From positions 4,502-68,501 of the forward strand of contig JAMLIH010000009.1 of the NCBI GenBank assembly GCA_023954255.1: a DNA stretch of 64,000 nt, in the 5' to 3' direction. Of this stretch, positions 39,886-51,716 are shown in pieces. The stretch comes from Phyllobacteriaceae bacterium. GTDB taxonomy: Bacteria > Pseudomonadota > Alphaproteobacteria > Rhizobiales > Rhizobiaceae. Position 1 is the first letter of the stretch, and every line of letters starts with the position of its first letter. Below the pieces are notes generated by a model. The model saw only the letters and a program-made list of their open reading frames with translations, was not told where the DNA came from and searched no databases. Position numbers and translations under genes: made by a program.

Positions 39886-41517
39886 CTATTGGTCGACCAC
39901 GCCTTCCGGCGCCGTTTCGATGTCGAAGGCCGCCGCCATCAGCGCCTTGGTATAATCGGTCTTCGGTTCCTCGAAAATCTGCCTCGCCTCGCCCTGTTCG
40001 ACCACCTTGCCGTTGCGCATGACGATCACCTCATTGGCCAGTGCCCGTACCACTTTCAGATCGTGGCTGATGAACATGTAGGAAAGCCCGTGCTTCTTCT
40101 GCAGTTCGCGCAGCAGTTCGACCACCTGCGCCTGCACGCTCATGTCGAGTGCCGAGGTCGGCTCGTCCAGCAGCACGAATTTCGGCTCCAGCACGATGGC
40201 GCGGGCAATGGCGATGCGCTGGCGCTGGCCGCCCGAGAATTCATGCGGGTAGCGGTGCCGGGTTTCGGGGTCGAGGCCGGTTTCGGCGAGCGCCTTGCAG
40301 ACGCGTTCATCGCGTTGCTGTGCCGTCAGGTCTGCGGCATGGATTTTCAGTCCCTCTGCGACAATCTCCGCCACGCTCATGCGCGGGCTGAGCGAACCGT
40401 AGGGGTCCTGAAAGACAACCTGCATGCGGTTGCGGTAGGGCCGCATCTCGCGGAACGACTTTTCGTGGATCGCATCGCCCAGAAAGACGATCCGCCCCTT
40501 GCTTGAAATCAGCCGGACCAGCGCCATGCCGAGCGTCGTCTTGCCGGAACCCGATTCGCCGACAATGCCCAGCGTCTGGCCTTCGCGCAGGGTGACATCG
40601 ATTCCGTCAACCGCCTTCACGTGGTCGACCGTCTTGCGGAAGAAGCCCCGCTTGATCGGAAACCAGACCTTCAGGTCGTCCCCCTGCATGACGACCGGCG
40701 CCTTCAAATCGCGTTTCGGCGGATCGCCCTTCGGTTCGGCCGAAAGCAGGTGCCTGGTGTAACTGTGCTGCGGGTTTTCGAACAGGTCCGCCGTATTGCC
40801 CGCCTCGACAATCCTGCCGCCCTGCATGACGCAGGTGCGATGGGCGATCTTGCGCACGATGCCGAGATCGTGGGTGATGAACAGCATTGCCAGTCCCTGT
40901 TCGCGCTGCAACTCGCCCAGCAGTTTCAGGATTTGCGCCTGCACCGTGACGTCGAGCGCCGTCGTCGGTTCGTCGGCGATCAGCAGTTTCGGCTCGTTGG
41001 CCAGTGACATGGCGATCATGACACGTTGACGCTGGCCGCCCGACAGCTGGTGCGGGTAAGCGCCAAGCCGCTTTTCCGGCTCGCGGATCCCTACCAGATT
41101 GAGCAGTTCGAGCGTCCGCGCGCGTGCGGCGGCACCATCCATGCCCTTGTGCAGTCTGAGGATTTCCGTGATCTGCTGCTCGATCGTGTGCAGCGGATTG
41201 AGCGAGGTCATCGGCTCCTGAAAGATCATGGTGATGTCGTTACCGCGCACGCGGCGCAGGTCCCGCTCGTCATGATCGAGCAGGTTTTCGCCGTTGAACC
41301 AGATTTCGCCGGAAGGGTGCGAGGCAGCGGGATAGGGCAGCAGCTTCAGGATCGACAGGGCCGACACCGATTTCCCCGAGCCGGACTCACCCACCAGTGC
41401 AACGGTTTCCCCCGCCTTGATGTCGAAGGATATCCGGTCGACGGCGAGGTTGGTCTTGCCGCCTTGGGTAAAGGCAACGGAGAGATCGCGAACGGAGAGG
41501 AGCGGTTGTTCTGCCAT
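39886..41517 (-). CDS. yejF: YejF-like peptide ABC transporter ATPase (two NBDs)
   Basis: Two GESGSGK Walker A motifs, LSGGQRQR and FSGGQRQR. Confidence 0.93.
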   Translation of the reverse strand: MAEQPLLSVRDLSVAFTQGGKTNLAVDRISFDIKAGETVALVGESGSGKSVSALSILKLLPYPAASHPSGEIWFNGENLLDHDERDLRRVRGNDITMIFQEPMTSLNPLHTIEQQITEILRLHKGMDGAAARARTLELLNLVGIREPEKRLGAYPHQLSGGQRQRVMIAMSLANEPKLLIADEPTTALDVTVQAQILKLLGELQREQGLAMLFITHDLGIVRKIAHRTCVMQGGRIVEAGNTADLFENPQHSYTRHLLSAEPKGDPPKRDLKAPVVMQGDDLKVWFPIKRGFFRKTVDHVKAVDGIDVTLREGQTLGIVGESGSGKTTLGMALVRLISSKGRIVFLGDAIHEKSFREMRPYRNRMQVVFQDPYGSLSPRMSVAEIVAEGLKIHAADLTAQQRDERVCKALAETGLDPETRHRYPHEFSGGQRQRIAIARAIVLEPKFVLLDEPTSALDMSVQAQVVELLRELQKKHGLSYMFISHDLKVVRALANEVIVMRNGKVVEQGEARQIFEEPKTDYTKALMAAAFDIETAPEGVVDQ

Positions 41518-42666
41518 CAGCCGAATGTCTTTCTCGGATCGAAGGCGTCACGCACCGCTTCGCCGACGAAGATCAGCAGCGACAACATCAGCGAGACGAC
41601 CACGAACACGGTGATGCCGAGCCAGGGCGCCTGCAGGTTATTCTTGCCCTGGGCGAGCAGTTCGCCCAGCGAGGCGGAGCCGGGCGGCAGGCCGAGGCCG
41701 AGGAAGTCGAGCGAGGTCAGCGTGGTGATCGATCCGTTGAGGATGAACGGCAGGAAGGTCAGCGTCGCCACCATGGCGTTGGGCAGCAGGTGCTTGAAGA
41801 TGATCGTGCGGTTGCCGACGCCGAGCGCGCGCGCCGCGTTGACGTATTCGAAATTGCGCGCCCGCAGAAATTCCGCCCGCACCACCGACGAACCCGACCC
41901 AGGAAAACAGCAGCATGATGCCGAGCAGAATCCAGAAGCCAGGCGGCAGGATCGCCGCAATGATCAGCAGGATGTAGAGCACTGGCAGCGACGACCAGAT
42001 TTCGATGAAGCGCTGGAACAGCAGGTCGGTCCAGCCGCCGAAATAGCCCTGGATCGCGCCTGCCGTCACGCCCACGACGGCCGACAGCAGGGTCAGGATC
42101 AGGCCGAACAGCACCGAGATGCGGAAACCGTAGATCACCCTTGCCAGCACATCGCGCGCCTGATCGTCGGTACCCAGCCAGTTCCAGTTGCCGAGATGGC
42201 AGGCGGGATCCTCCGCGCCGAGCGCATAGCCCTGGCATCGGGTTTCCTTGTCATAGAGCCAAGATGGCGCCGACGGAGCAGGCTCCGGCACCTGGTTGTG
42301 CACCGTGCGGTAGGAATAGCGCACCGGTGGCCAGATTGCCCAGCCGTTCTCGGCAAACGCTTCCTCGATCTCGATGATCTTGTAGTCGGTCTGGGCAAGG
42401 AACCCGTCCTCACCGAGCCAGTGCTCCTCCGGGTAATCGGTCATGACGGGCGAATAGAGCCCGCCCTTGAACCAGACGAGGATCGGCCGGTCATTGGCGA
42501 GAAATTCGGCAAACAGCGACAGGACGAACAGGACGAGAAAAATCCAAAGCGACCAGTAGCCCCGCTTGTTGGCCTTGAAATTCTGCCAGCGCCGCTGGTT
42601 GAGCGGCGACAGGTTGATCCAGGGCCGGCGGGCAGGTGCCGTATCCGTGCTCACGGCTGCCGTCAT
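41517..42666 (-). pseudogene. yejE: YejE-like permease split by a frameshift near 41885
   Basis: The first frame runs to ...LLFSWVGFVG. The conserved VVRAEFLRARNFEYVNAARALG...FDPRKTFG continues in another frame, whose stop overlaps the yejF ATG. Could be a sequencing error. Confidence 0.85.
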
Positions 42667-43766
42667 ACGCCCCTCGATTCAAAATCGATGCGCGGATCGA
42701 TCCAGGTATAGAGCATATCCGACATCAGGCTGACGAAGAGTCCGAGCAGCGAGAAGATGAACAGCGTCGCAAAGACCACCGGATAGTCGCGTTCGATGAT
42801 CGAGCGGTAGCCGAGCAGGCCGAGCCCGTCGAGCGAGAAGATCGTCTCGATCAGCAGCGAGCCGGAGAAGAAGGCGGCAATGAAGGCACCGGGAAAACCG
42901 GCTATGACGATCAGCATCGCATTGCGGAAGACATGGCCGTACAGCACCTGGCGCTCGGTCAGCCCCTTGGCGCGAGCCGTCTGCACATACTGCTTGCGAA
43001 TCTCGTCGAGAAACGAGTTCTTGGTCAAAAGCGTGGTCGTGGCAAAGGCTGCCAGCACCAGCGCTGTCAGCGGCAGCGTCAGATGCCAGAAATAGTCGAC
43101 GATCTTGCCGGCAAGCGAGAATTCGTCAAAATTCTCGGATGTAAGCCCGCGCAGCGGAAACCAGTCGAAATAGGATCCGCCGGCAAACAGCACGATCAGC
43201 AGCACGCCGACCAGAAACCCCGGAATGGCGTAGGCGACGATGATGATGCCGCTGGTCCAGATGTCGAAACGGCTGCCATCGGTCACCGCCTTGCGGATAC
43301 CGAGCGGAATCGAGATCACATAGGAAATCAGCGTGATCCACAGCCCCAGCGAGATCGAGACCGGCATCTTTTCCTTGATCAGGTCAATGACGGAAATCTT
43401 GCGGAAATAGCTTTCGCCGAAATCGAACCGGGCATAGTTCCACAGCATCAGGAAATAGCGTTCGAGCGGTGGCTTGTCGAAGCCGAACTGCTTTTCAAGC
43501 TTTGCGATGAATTCGGGGTCGAGCCCCACCGCGCCACGGTATTTCGAGGAGCCGCCGCCTTCCTGCCCCAACTGCTGGTCCTGGGAGAAGTCGGTGCCGC
43601 CGCCCGAAAGCCGGTCGGTCGCCGAACCGCCCTGACCCGACAATTGTGCGATGACCTGCTCTACCGGGCCTCCCGGCGCGAACTGCACTACGGCGAAGGT
43701 GATGGTCAAAATCCCGATGATGGTCGGGATCATGAGCAGCAAGCGCCTTAGGATATAGGCTCCCAT
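42663..43766 (-). CDS. yejB: YejB-like peptide ABC permease
   Basis: [15 protein letters not shown] start, [12 protein letters not shown] and TARAKGL (EAA-type) motifs. Confidence 0.94.
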   Translation of the reverse strand: MGAYILRRLLLMIPTIIGILTITFAVVQFAPGGPVEQVIAQLSGQGGSATDRLSGGGTDFSQDQQLGQEGGGSSKYRGAVGLDPEFIAKLEKQFGFDKPPLERYFLMLWNYARFDFGESYFRKISVIDLIKEKMPVSISLGLWITLISYVISIPLGIRKAVTDGSRFDIWTSGIIIVAYAIPGFLVGVLLIVLFAGGSYFDWFPLRGLTSENFDEFSLAGKIVDYFWHLTLPLTALVLAAFATTTLLTKNSFLDEIRKQYVQTARAKGLTERQVLYGHVFRNAMLIVIAGFPGAFIAAFFSGSLLIETIFSLDGLGLLGYRSIIERDYPVVFATLFIFSLLGLFVSLMSDMLYTWIDPRIDFESRGV

Positions 43767-43839
43767 GCCTGGTGGAGTACCCCGTTCTTGGTGCGGGAAA
43801 TTCCTCTTCCCCGCGTTTCGCGCCAGCACTGCGTCCGCT

Positions 43840-45735
43840 TCAGCGGAGTGCTTCGGCCTTTTCGCGATCAAGCCACCAAAGTCTTTCCACCGGAAAGAAA
43901 TAGTCGGGCTTGGGTTCCTTCCAGCCGAACTCGTCCCACATGGCAACGCGGTGATTCGGCGAATACCAATTTGGAATCCAGAAATGATGCGCGCGCAAGA
44001 CCCTGTCCAGTGCTTTCACCGCGACGATCAGCGCTTCGCGGTTCTCGACCTGTTCGACCACCCCGATCAGCTTGTCGACGGCGCTGTTTCGGATGCCGGG
44101 ATAGTTGCGGGATCCATCGCGCGCTGCGCTGTCGGAGTGAAAGAACTGCTTGAAGCCCTCCGCGCTCGGCGTCGGATCGAAGGCCGCCGCGCTGCCGACA
44201 ATGTCGAAATCGAAACTCTCCAGCCGGGCCTGAAACTGTGACGGATCGACAAGCCGGATTTCGGCGGGAATGCCGATGGTGCGCAGATTTGTCACGAACG
44301 GTCCGAGAATGCGTTCGAAGACCTGCGCCCGAGTCAGGAATTCAATCGTCAGCGGTTCGCCGTTCTCATTGACCAGATTGCCGTTGTGCTTTCGCCAGCC
44401 TGCTTCCTGCAACAGCTGTGTCGCCTTTCTGAGTGAAGCGCGGTTGTTGCCGCTGCCGTCGGTTTCCAGCTGGCGGACCGCTTCGTCGAACACGCTTTGC
44501 GGCAGCTCGCCGCGCATCGGTTCAAGCAGTTCGAGTTCCGCTTCCGACGGCAGACCGCTTGCGGCAAATTCCGACTGCTCGAACATTGAATGTGAGCGGG
44601 TATAGGCGCCATAGAAGAGATTGCGGTTGGTCCATTCATAGTCGAAGGCGGCAGCGATAGCCTCGCGGGTGCGCGGATCGGCGAACTTCTCCCGGCGTGT
44701 ATTGACCGCCCAGCCCTGCAGGCTTGGCCGGATTTCATCGGGTATTTCGATACGGACCACCTTCTTTTCCGCGACGGCGGGAAAATCGTATTCCGTCGCC
44801 CATGTTTTCGCGGTGAATTCCTCACGCCAGCGCACCGATCCCTTCTTGAAGGCTTCGAAGGCGGGCTGGCGCTCACGGAAAAAGTCGATCCGCAGCGTGT
44901 CGAAATGGTCGATGCCTTTTGCGAAGGGCAGGTCCTTCGCCCAATAGTCGGCAACCCGGTCGTATTCGATGAAAAGCCCGGAGGAAAAGCGGCCCACCTT
45001 CCAGGGTCCCGAACCGGGCGGAATTTCCATCACCTGGTCCTCAAAGGGAATCTTCTCATGGAAGGTCTTCGAGAGGATGGGTATTGACTGGGCGATGGAA
45101 AGGATGGCCCGGTCGGACTGCTTGCCGTTGAAGCGCAGTTCGACGGTCGCATCGTCAAGCGCCACGGCCTCGGTCAGATCGCTCAGGTCGATCGACAGTT
45201 GCGGGTGGCCCTTTTCCTTGATGATCTGGTGGGACAACGCTACATCCTGCGCTGTCACCGGACTGCCGTCATGAAAGCGCGCCTCCGGCCGCAATTCGAA
45301 ACGGTAGGTGTTGCGGTCGGTCGAAATCTCCACCGAGCGCGCCAGCGAACAATAGATCGAGTCCGGCTCGTCCCACGCCCAGTTCATTAGTGAATCGAAG
45401 CAGTACTCCATGCGCGGCGGCGCCTCGCCCCTGAGCACGAAACTGTTCAGCGTGTTGAAGGTCTGGGTGTTCTGATTGTAGTACCAGTAGGAAGGCTGGA
45501 AGGCGAAGCGCCCGCCTTTGGGCGCATCGGGCGTGGCAAAGGCGAAGTGGCGAAAGTCCGCCGGATACTTCAGCTCCCCGAAAGAGGAAAGCCCGTGCAG
45601 TTTCACGCCGGTGGCATTGTTCGCCAGCGAGACGGAAGGCAGTCCGGCAGTTGCAAACAGCGCCGCCCCGCCTGCCGCTGTCTTGAGAAATTCGCGGCGG
45701 GTAAAGGGCAGATGGCCGGGAACCATTCCGCTCAT
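43840..45735 (-). CDS. yejA: YejA-like peptide-binding protein, copy 2, with Tat signal
   Basis: TRREFLK twin-arginine motif; [22 protein letters not shown]. Confidence 0.9.
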   Translation of the reverse strand: MSGMVPGHLPFTRREFLKTAAGGAALFATAGLPSVSLANNATGVKLHGLSSFGELKYPADFRHFAFATPDAPKGGRFAFQPSYWYYNQNTQTFNTLNSFVLRGEAPPRMEYCFDSLMNWAWDEPDSIYCSLARSVEISTDRNTYRFELRPEARFHDGSPVTAQDVALSHQIIKEKGHPQLSIDLSDLTEAVALDDATVELRFNGKQSDRAILSIAQSIPILSKTFHEKIPFEDQVMEIPPGSGPWKVGRFSSGLFIEYDRVADYWAKDLPFAKGIDHFDTLRIDFFRERQPAFEAFKKGSVRWREEFTAKTWATEYDFPAVAEKKVVRIEIPDEIRPSLQGWAVNTRREKFADPRTREAIAAAFDYEWTNRNLFYGAYTRSHSMFEQSEFAASGLPSEAELELLEPMRGELPQSVFDEAVRQLETDGSGNNRASLRKATQLLQEAGWRKHNGNLVNENGEPLTIEFLTRAQVFERILGPFVTNLRTIGIPAEIRLVDPSQFQARLESFDFDIVGSAAAFDPTPSAEGFKQFFHSDSAARDGSRNYPGIRNSAVDKLIGVVEQVENREALIVAVKALDRVLRAHHFWIPNWYSPNHRVAMWDEFGWKEPKPDYFFPVERLWWLDREKAEALR

Positions 45736-47594
45736 TTTTCGAATTCCTGCTCGATTGCCGTGTCGATCCAGATCGACCAGGAATCGAGCCCGGTATAAAG
45801 CGGCTGGTTTTCAGGAATCTGCAACTTGCGCCACCAGGCATACCACTGATCGGGATTGTGCCATTGCGGGATCGAGTAGAAGCCGAACTTCAATATGCGG
45901 TCGAGTGCCTTGGTAAGGGCCACCAGTTCCTCCCGGTCCCTGGCGACGATGATGCGTTCCACCATCTCGTCGATCACCGGATCGGCGATACCGGCTAGGT
46001 TGCGCCCGCCCGGCTTGTCGACGATGCCGCTGGTCCAGTACTCGCGCTGCTCATTGCCCGGCGACAGCGACTGGACGGTGACATTCGTCGCCATGTCGAA
46101 GTCGTAGTGATCAATGCGGTTCTTGTATTGTGCAGCGTCGACGATCCTGAGCGAGCCTTCTATGCCCAGGGGCCGCAACTTCTCGACATAGGGCAGCACA
46201 ATGCGCTCGTCGACGGGGCTGCGGCCGAGAAACTCGATGGTGAACGGGTTGCCGTCCTTGTCGAGCAGCTTTCCGTTGGAAATGTTGTAACCGGCTTCCC
46301 TGAAGAGCTTCAGTGCGGCGCGCTGCATCTTCCTTGTATCTGAGGCCGACTTGATCACCGGCAGGGTGAACGGCTCACTGAAGATGCGCTCCTCGATCCG
46401 GCCGCGATATTCTTCGAGAATTTCGAGTTCTCGGCCCTCAGGCACGCCCTCCGACTGTAATTCGCCACCCTCGAAATAGCTGTCGGTGCGCGTGTAGAGA
46501 TCGAAGAACAGGGTGCGGTTCATCGTCTCGAAATCGTAGAGCAATGTCAGCGCCTCGCGCACCCGTTTGTCGGCGAACTTGTCGCGCCTGGTGTTGAAGT
46601 AGAGCGCCTGATGGGTTTCCGGCCCCTCGGTGGGAAACGCCTTGCGCAATACGTCACCCTTCTTGAAGGCCGGGAAGATGTAGTCTTCCGCCCAGCGCTG
46701 GGAGCGGTTTTCCATCCACAGGTCTTCGATGCCGCCCTTCTTGAAGGCTTCCCAGGCAGCGGTCTGGTCGGCGAAATCGACATAGAGGATCTCGTCGAAA
46801 TTGAACCGGCCCTTGCGCACGCCGAGATCGGCTGCCCAATAGTCGCTTACCCGCTCCCAGGTGATCGATTCGCCCACCTTCATTTCGCTGATGCGGTAGG
46901 GTCCCGATCCGAGCGGGATTTCGTTGAGCGGCTGGCTGATATCTCGCGGCTTCCCATCAGGTCCGTTGGCCGTCCACCAGTGCCTTGGCAAAACCGGCAG
47001 GTCACCCATGATATGGGGCAGTTCGCGGTTTCCGGTGATGTCGAAACGGAAGGTTACCTCCCGCTCGCCGGTTTTCTCCGCCGAAACCACATTACGGTAA
47101 TAGTTGGCATAGAGCGGCTGGATTTCCTTCAGTTTCTCCAGCGACCAGACGACATCTTCAGGCGTTATCGGCTCGCCGTCATGCCAGCGCGCCTTCGGGT
47201 TGAGCCGGTAGGCAGCCCACGAATAGTCCGCCGGAAAACGAAAGGCCTCCGCCACAAGCCCGTAGGAGGCGCTCGGCTGGTCGATCGACTGCTCGAACAG
47301 CGAATCCCACAAGATGCCGCCGGTGTAGGAAAGCCCCGGTGCCGCGCGCCCGCGCACGACGAAGGGATTGAAGGAATCGAAGCCGCCGGTTGATGTCTGG
47401 TTGAAACGCCCGCCCTTCGGCGCATCCGGGTTCACATGGTCGTAATGGGCAAAATCCGGTCCGTATTTCAATTCCCCGAACAGCGTATCGCCATGCTTCC
47501 AGGCGGGGTCTCCGTTACTCTCCTGGGCAAGGGCGAGCGTTACCATGGCCAGTGCGGCGAAACACGCTGTCAGCAGCTTTCCGGTTCGTTTCAT
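45732..47594 (-). CDS. yejA: YejA-like peptide-binding protein, copy 1, with Sec signal
   Basis: Signal peptide ending LA-QE; FGELKYGPDFAHYDHVNPDAPKGG, SLSPGNEQREYW. Confidence 0.92.
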   Translation of the reverse strand: MKRTGKLLTACFAALAMVTLALAQESNGDPAWKHGDTLFGELKYGPDFAHYDHVNPDAPKGGRFNQTSTGGFDSFNPFVVRGRAAPGLSYTGGILWDSLFEQSIDQPSASYGLVAEAFRFPADYSWAAYRLNPKARWHDGEPITPEDVVWSLEKLKEIQPLYANYYRNVVSAEKTGEREVTFRFDITGNRELPHIMGDLPVLPRHWWTANGPDGKPRDISQPLNEIPLGSGPYRISEMKVGESITWERVSDYWAADLGVRKGRFNFDEILYVDFADQTAAWEAFKKGGIEDLWMENRSQRWAEDYIFPAFKKGDVLRKAFPTEGPETHQALYFNTRRDKFADKRVREALTLLYDFETMNRTLFFDLYTRTDSYFEGGELQSEGVPEGRELEILEEYRGRIEERIFSEPFTLPVIKSASDTRKMQRAALKLFREAGYNISNGKLLDKDGNPFTIEFLGRSPVDERIVLPYVEKLRPLGIEGSLRIVDAAQYKNRIDHYDFDMATNVTVQSLSPGNEQREYWTSGIVDKPGGRNLAGIADPVIDEMVERIIVARDREELVALTKALDRILKFGFYSIPQWHNPDQWYAWWRKLQIPENQPLYTGLDSWSIWIDTAIEQEFEK

Positions 47595-47720
47595 CGGCGT
47601 TCTGCATTCCTCCGTCTTGCGCAGACCTGATTCCAGTTATCCGTCAAACTAGGTTTGTTGATGGCATGAGGCAATGAGAGCGGAGGATCAATTTGCGGTG
47701 ACGCATTCTGCCGGCAACAA

Positions 47721-47746
47721 AAAAGCCGGGTCGAAACCCGGCTTTT
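47721..47746 (-). terminator. Intrinsic terminator after cycM
   Basis: AAAAGCCGGGT-cgaa-ACCCGGCTTTT, with a T-tract on the minus strand. Confidence 0.8.
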
Positions 47747-47767
47747 CATGTTCATTGTCGAAACCGG

Positions 47768-48319
47768 TCAGGAACCCGGCAGCGGGGCAGGGCTGTCGGA
47801 CTGGGTGCGCAACCAGCCGACGAGATTTGCACGTTCGTCGGTTTTCTTCAGGCCGGCAAAGCCCATCGCGGTACCCTTGACGTGGGACTTCGGCTTGAAC
47901 AGGAAGCCGTTGAGTTCCTCATAGGTCCAGGTCTTGCCGGCGCCGAACTCCTTCATCCCGGCCGAGTAGTTGAAGTCACCCTTGGCGGCAACCGGGCCGC
48001 CGACCACGCCGTAAAGATTGGGGCCGACCTTGTTGGCGCCGCCTTTTTCGAAGGTGTGGCAGGAAGCGCATTTCTTGAAGACGGTCTCGCCGGCTGCCGG
48101 ATCGGCACTTGCCAGAAGCGGCTCGATGGGATCGTAGGCAGGGCCGCTGTCGGCTGCTTCTCCGCCGCCCGACTCTCCTTCGAGTGCGGCGATTTCCAAG
48201 CCGGCCTGTTCGGGTGCTTCTGCGTGAAACAGGCTTTCGCTCAGAATGGACAGGGCAAACAGCACGAATGCGGTGCCGAGCACGACCATTGCGACCTGGT
48301 TGAAACGAAACGAATCCAT
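47768..48319 (-). CDS. cycM: Membrane-anchored class I cytochrome c (CycM/c2-like)
   Basis: N-terminal TM, CASCH haem motif, KVGPNLYG and GTAMGFAGL. Only the last ~185 aa of the 518-aa track ORF are real; start is 48319 or 48325. Confidence 0.94.
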   Translation of the reverse strand: MDSFRFNQVAMVVLGTAFVLFALSILSESLFHAEAPEQAGLEIAALEGESGGGEAADSGPAYDPIEPLLASADPAAGETVFKKCASCHTFEKGGANKVGPNLYGVVGGPVAAKGDFNYSAGMKEFGAGKTWTYEELNGFLFKPKSHVKGTAMGFAGLKKTDERANLVGWLRTQSDSPAPLPGS

Positions 48320-48511
48320 CTTCATGAACCTCAATCTTCCCGGCAAACCACTCCGTTCACGGCACGGAAATGCCGATGCGCATAAATCGCGCAAACCACT
48401 AATCGGTTTGCGCCCGACATGCAACGCCTGTATTGGATCATCCAATGAGACTTTTTGCCACCGAAATGCAGGCTTTCCCGCAATTTTTCCCCCACCGAAA
48501 CCGCCCATGCC

Positions 48512-49243
48512 ATGGATGACACGCTCGTTCTGATTCCCGCCCGAATGGCATCGACCCGCCTGCCCGGCAAGCCGCTTGCCGATATCAATGGCCGTGCGAT
48601 GATCCTGCACGTCCTCGACCGGGCTCGCGAAGCGGGGATCGGCAGGCCGGTGATCTGTACCGACAGCGAGGAAATCGCCGCCGCCGTGGTCGCCGACGGG
48701 GGAGAGGCGGTGATGACTCGCGCCGATCACCCTTCCGGTTCCGACCGTATCCACGAGGCGCTCGGAACGCTCGATCCCGAAGGCAGGGTGCGCTTTGTCA
48801 TCAACGTCCAGGGTGACCTGCCGACCATCGATCCCATGCTGATCCGCGAAAGCCTCGCACCGTTGAAGGAAGGTCCGGCGGATATCGCCACGCTGGTGAC
48901 GGAAATCACCGACGAAGCGGAAAAGACCAACCCCAACGTCGTCAAGGCGGTAGGCACCCCGATTGGCGCAAACCGGCTGCGGGCGCTCTATTTCACCCGC
49001 GCAACGGCGCCTTCCGGCGAAGGTCCGCTCTATCATCACATCGGGTTGTACGCCTACCGCCGAGAGGCACTGGAGAAATTCGTCGCCCTGCCACCTTCCG
49101 AATTGGAGAGCCGGGAGCGGCTGGAACAATTGCGGGCACTGGAAAACGGCATGCGCATCGACATTGCCATCGTCGAGACCGCGCCGCTCGGGGTCGACAC
49201 GCCGCAAGACCTGGAAAAGGCGAAAAAGGCACTGGCCGGATAA
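48512..49243 (+). CDS. kdsB: 3-deoxy-manno-octulosonate cytidylyltransferase
   Basis: [29 protein letters not shown] and LEQLRALE motifs. Confidence 0.96.
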   Translation: MDDTLVLIPARMASTRLPGKPLADINGRAMILHVLDRAREAGIGRPVICTDSEEIAAAVVADGGEAVMTRADHPSGSDRIHEALGTLDPEGRVRFVINVQGDLPTIDPMLIRESLAPLKEGPADIATLVTEITDEAEKTNPNVVKAVGTPIGANRLRALYFTRATAPSGEGPLYHHIGLYAYRREALEKFVALPPSELESRERLEQLRALENGMRIDIAIVETAPLGVDTPQDLEKAKKALAG

Positions 49244-49340
49244 CGATCCGCGCCTGCAATAACCTGCTCTTGCTTGCCATTGCCTACTGGCGCATTTGCC
49301 TCTATGCGGTCGGCAGGAAAACACATGGCAGGTTCAAACC

Positions 49341-50189
49341 ATGAAAACGGACAGAAAACGCACCGGCAGGATCGGCTTTCAGGGCGCCCAGGGCGCCAAC
49401 TCGGAGATCGCCAGCCGCCAGGTGTTTCCGAAGATGGAACCGCTGCCGTTTGATACGTTCGAAGACGTTTTCAACGCGCTTGATGCGGGCAAGGTCGACC
49501 TTGCCATGATCCCGATCGAGAATTCGCTGGCCGGCCGCGTTGCCGACATTCATCACCTGATGCCCCAGCACAAGACCTGGATCATCGGTGAGCACTTCCT
49601 GCCGATCCGTTTCAACCTGATGGCGCTGCCCGGTGTAAGGATCAAGGACATCAGGACGGTCTACAGCCATGTCCATGCGCTCGGCCAGTGCCGCAAGATC
49701 ATCCGCAAGCATCGCTGGAAGGCGGAAGTGGGCGGAGACACGGCAGGTTCTGCCAAGCTCGTTGCCGAGCGCGGCGACCGCACGATTGCGGCCCTCGCAC
49801 CGGCGCTTGCCGCCGATATCTACGGCCTTGAAACCCTTGCCGCCGATGTCGAGGACGAGGCGCACAACACCACGCGCTTTCTGATCTTGTCGAAGAAAAA
49901 GGAACTGGCATCAGCAGGCAAGGGGCCGGTGATCACCACCTTCCTGTTTCAGGTGCGCAACATTCCCGCCGCGCTTTACAAGGCGATGGGCGGCTTTGCC
50001 ACCAACGGCGTCAACATGACCAAGCTTGAAAGCTATCAGCTTGGCGGCGCCTTCACCGCGACCCAGTTTTATGCCGACATCGAGGGTCATCCCGATGAAA
50101 CGCCGGTGAACAATGCGTTGGAGGAACTGCAGTTCTTCTGCGACAAGTTCCGCATTCTGGGGATTTATCCCAAGGACGGGGAGCGCTAG
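49341..50189 (+). CDS. pheA: Prephenate dehydratase with ACT domain
   Basis: [23 protein letters not shown] and MTKLESY motifs. Confidence 0.95.
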   Translation: MKTDRKRTGRIGFQGAQGANSEIASRQVFPKMEPLPFDTFEDVFNALDAGKVDLAMIPIENSLAGRVADIHHLMPQHKTWIIGEHFLPIRFNLMALPGVRIKDIRTVYSHVHALGQCRKIIRKHRWKAEVGGDTAGSAKLVAERGDRTIAALAPALAADIYGLETLAADVEDEAHNTTRFLILSKKKELASAGKGPVITTFLFQVRNIPAALYKAMGGFATNGVNMTKLESYQLGGAFTATQFYADIEGHPDETPVNNALEELQFFCDKFRILGIYPKDGER

Positions 50190-50203
50190 GCTGTATCGGC
50201 ATC

Positions 50204-51508
50204 ATGTCAACGAAAGACGCTGACAACCGCAGTCTGCCGACCTCCCGCATCGAGGGACTGCGCAACCTTTCTCCGTCGCAGCGGCTGCACAAAATCGCGG
50301 ATGCCGCATCGTTGAGCCGGCAATCGGCGGAAGCCCTGCGGGGCGACGGCGCGCTTTCACCCGAAATTGCCGACGGGATGATCGAGAACGTCATTGGCGT
50401 ATTCGAATTGCCGCTGGGCGTTGCCACCAACTTCATCGTCAATGGCCGGGACCGGCTGATCCCCATGGCCGTGGAGGAACCCTCGGTGGTGGCAGCAGCC
50501 TCCTACATGGCGCGGATTGCCCGCGATCATGGCGGCTTTGAAACCTCCAGCACGGACCCGGTCATGCGAGCCCAGATCCAGGTGCTCCAGGTTGAAGACA
50601 CCGCAGCGGCCAGGGCGAACCTGCTTGCAGCGCGCGACCGGATCGTTGCGCTTGCCAACGAACGCGACACGGTGCTCATCGGGCTTGGTGGCGGCTGCCG
50701 GGATATCGAGGTTCACGTCTTCGACGAAACCCCGGCCGGCCCGATGGTTGTCGTTCATCTGCTCGTCGATGTTCGCGATGCCATGGGTGCCAACACGGTC
50801 AACACGATGGCGGAGACGGTGGCGCCGCTGATTGGCGAGGTTTCCGGTGGCGAGACCCGATTGCGCATCCTGTCCAACCTCGCCGATCTGCGCCTATCGC
50901 GCGCCAGGGTCGAAATCCCTTTTGCTGCGCTGGACACGCAAGAATACTCCGGAGAGCGCATCGCGCAGGGTATTTTCGAAGCCTGGGCTTTCGCTTCCGT
51001 CGACCCTTATCGGGCGGCAACCCACAACAAGGGCATCATGAACGGCATCGATCCCGTCATCATCGCCACCGGCAATGACTGGCGCGCGATCGAGGCGGGT
51101 GCGCATGCCTATGCAGCCCGCAGCGGAAGTTATACGGCGTTGACCCGTTGGCAGGTGACGGAACAGCGGACGCTCATCGGTTCGATTGAAATGCCGATGG
51201 CAGTTGGTCTTGTCGGCGGCGCAACGAAAACGCACCCCTCGGCTCGCGCCGCGCTCGAACTGATGGGGGTTTCAAGCGCCGGCGAACTGGGTGAAATCTG
51301 CGTTGCCGTTGGCCTTGCGCAGAACATGGCAGCCCTTCGGGCGCTGGCGACGGAAGGTATCCAGCGCGGTCATATGGCCCTGCATGCCCGCAACATTGCC
51401 ATTATGGCTGGCGCAACGGGCGATGAGATCGGACGGATCGCAAGGCAAATTGCAGCCGAAGGCAATGTCACCGTCGACCGGGCGAAAGCCGTCCTCGCAA
51501 GCGATTAG
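50204..51508 (+). CDS. mvaA: Class II HMG-CoA reductase (degradative, NAD-type)
   Basis: [38 protein letters not shown] and [13 protein letters not shown] motifs. Confidence 0.95.
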   Translation: MSTKDADNRSLPTSRIEGLRNLSPSQRLHKIADAASLSRQSAEALRGDGALSPEIADGMIENVIGVFELPLGVATNFIVNGRDRLIPMAVEEPSVVAAASYMARIARDHGGFETSSTDPVMRAQIQVLQVEDTAAARANLLAARDRIVALANERDTVLIGLGGGCRDIEVHVFDETPAGPMVVVHLLVDVRDAMGANTVNTMAETVAPLIGEVSGGETRLRILSNLADLRLSRARVEIPFAALDTQEYSGERIAQGIFEAWAFASVDPYRAATHNKGIMNGIDPVIIATGNDWRAIEAGAHAYAARSGSYTALTRWQVTEQRTLIGSIEMPMAVGLVGGATKTHPSARAALELMGVSSAGELGEICVAVGLAQNMAALRALATEGIQRGHMALHARNIAIMAGATGDEIGRIARQIAAEGNVTVDRAKAVLASD

Positions 51509-51600
51509 AACTGCTGCGGCTCCAATGCTGCAGGCGGCGGTCCCCTTGCCGGTCATGCGCAGTGCCGGCGTGCCCGCCGCAGAGCTTTTGCTCGGCATTG

Positions 51601-51618
51601 GTATACTTTAGTATACTT
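51601..51618. promoter_or_regulatory. Tandem GTATACTT repeat (two GTATAC palindromes), candidate operator
   Basis: tgGTATACtttaGTATACtt, about 100 bp upstream of dctP. Confidence 0.4.
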
Positions 51619-51716
51619 CGCGCCGCCCTTGATTCATCCGTCAAACCCGCTCTAGGCTGCGTGCGGGCCCCCTACAAAAAAACATAAGCCCTCAAAGCCC
51701 AGAACGGGAGGATATC

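Noticed and set aside
47768-49324. Apparent 518-aa cytochrome c fusion
   Set aside because: The N-terminal ~333 codons are antisense to kdsB and its promoter region. The real gene starts at about 48319 with a TM anchor.
51629-51646. TTGAT...GTCAA upstream of dctP as an FNR box
   Set aside because: The spacer is 6 nt, not 4.
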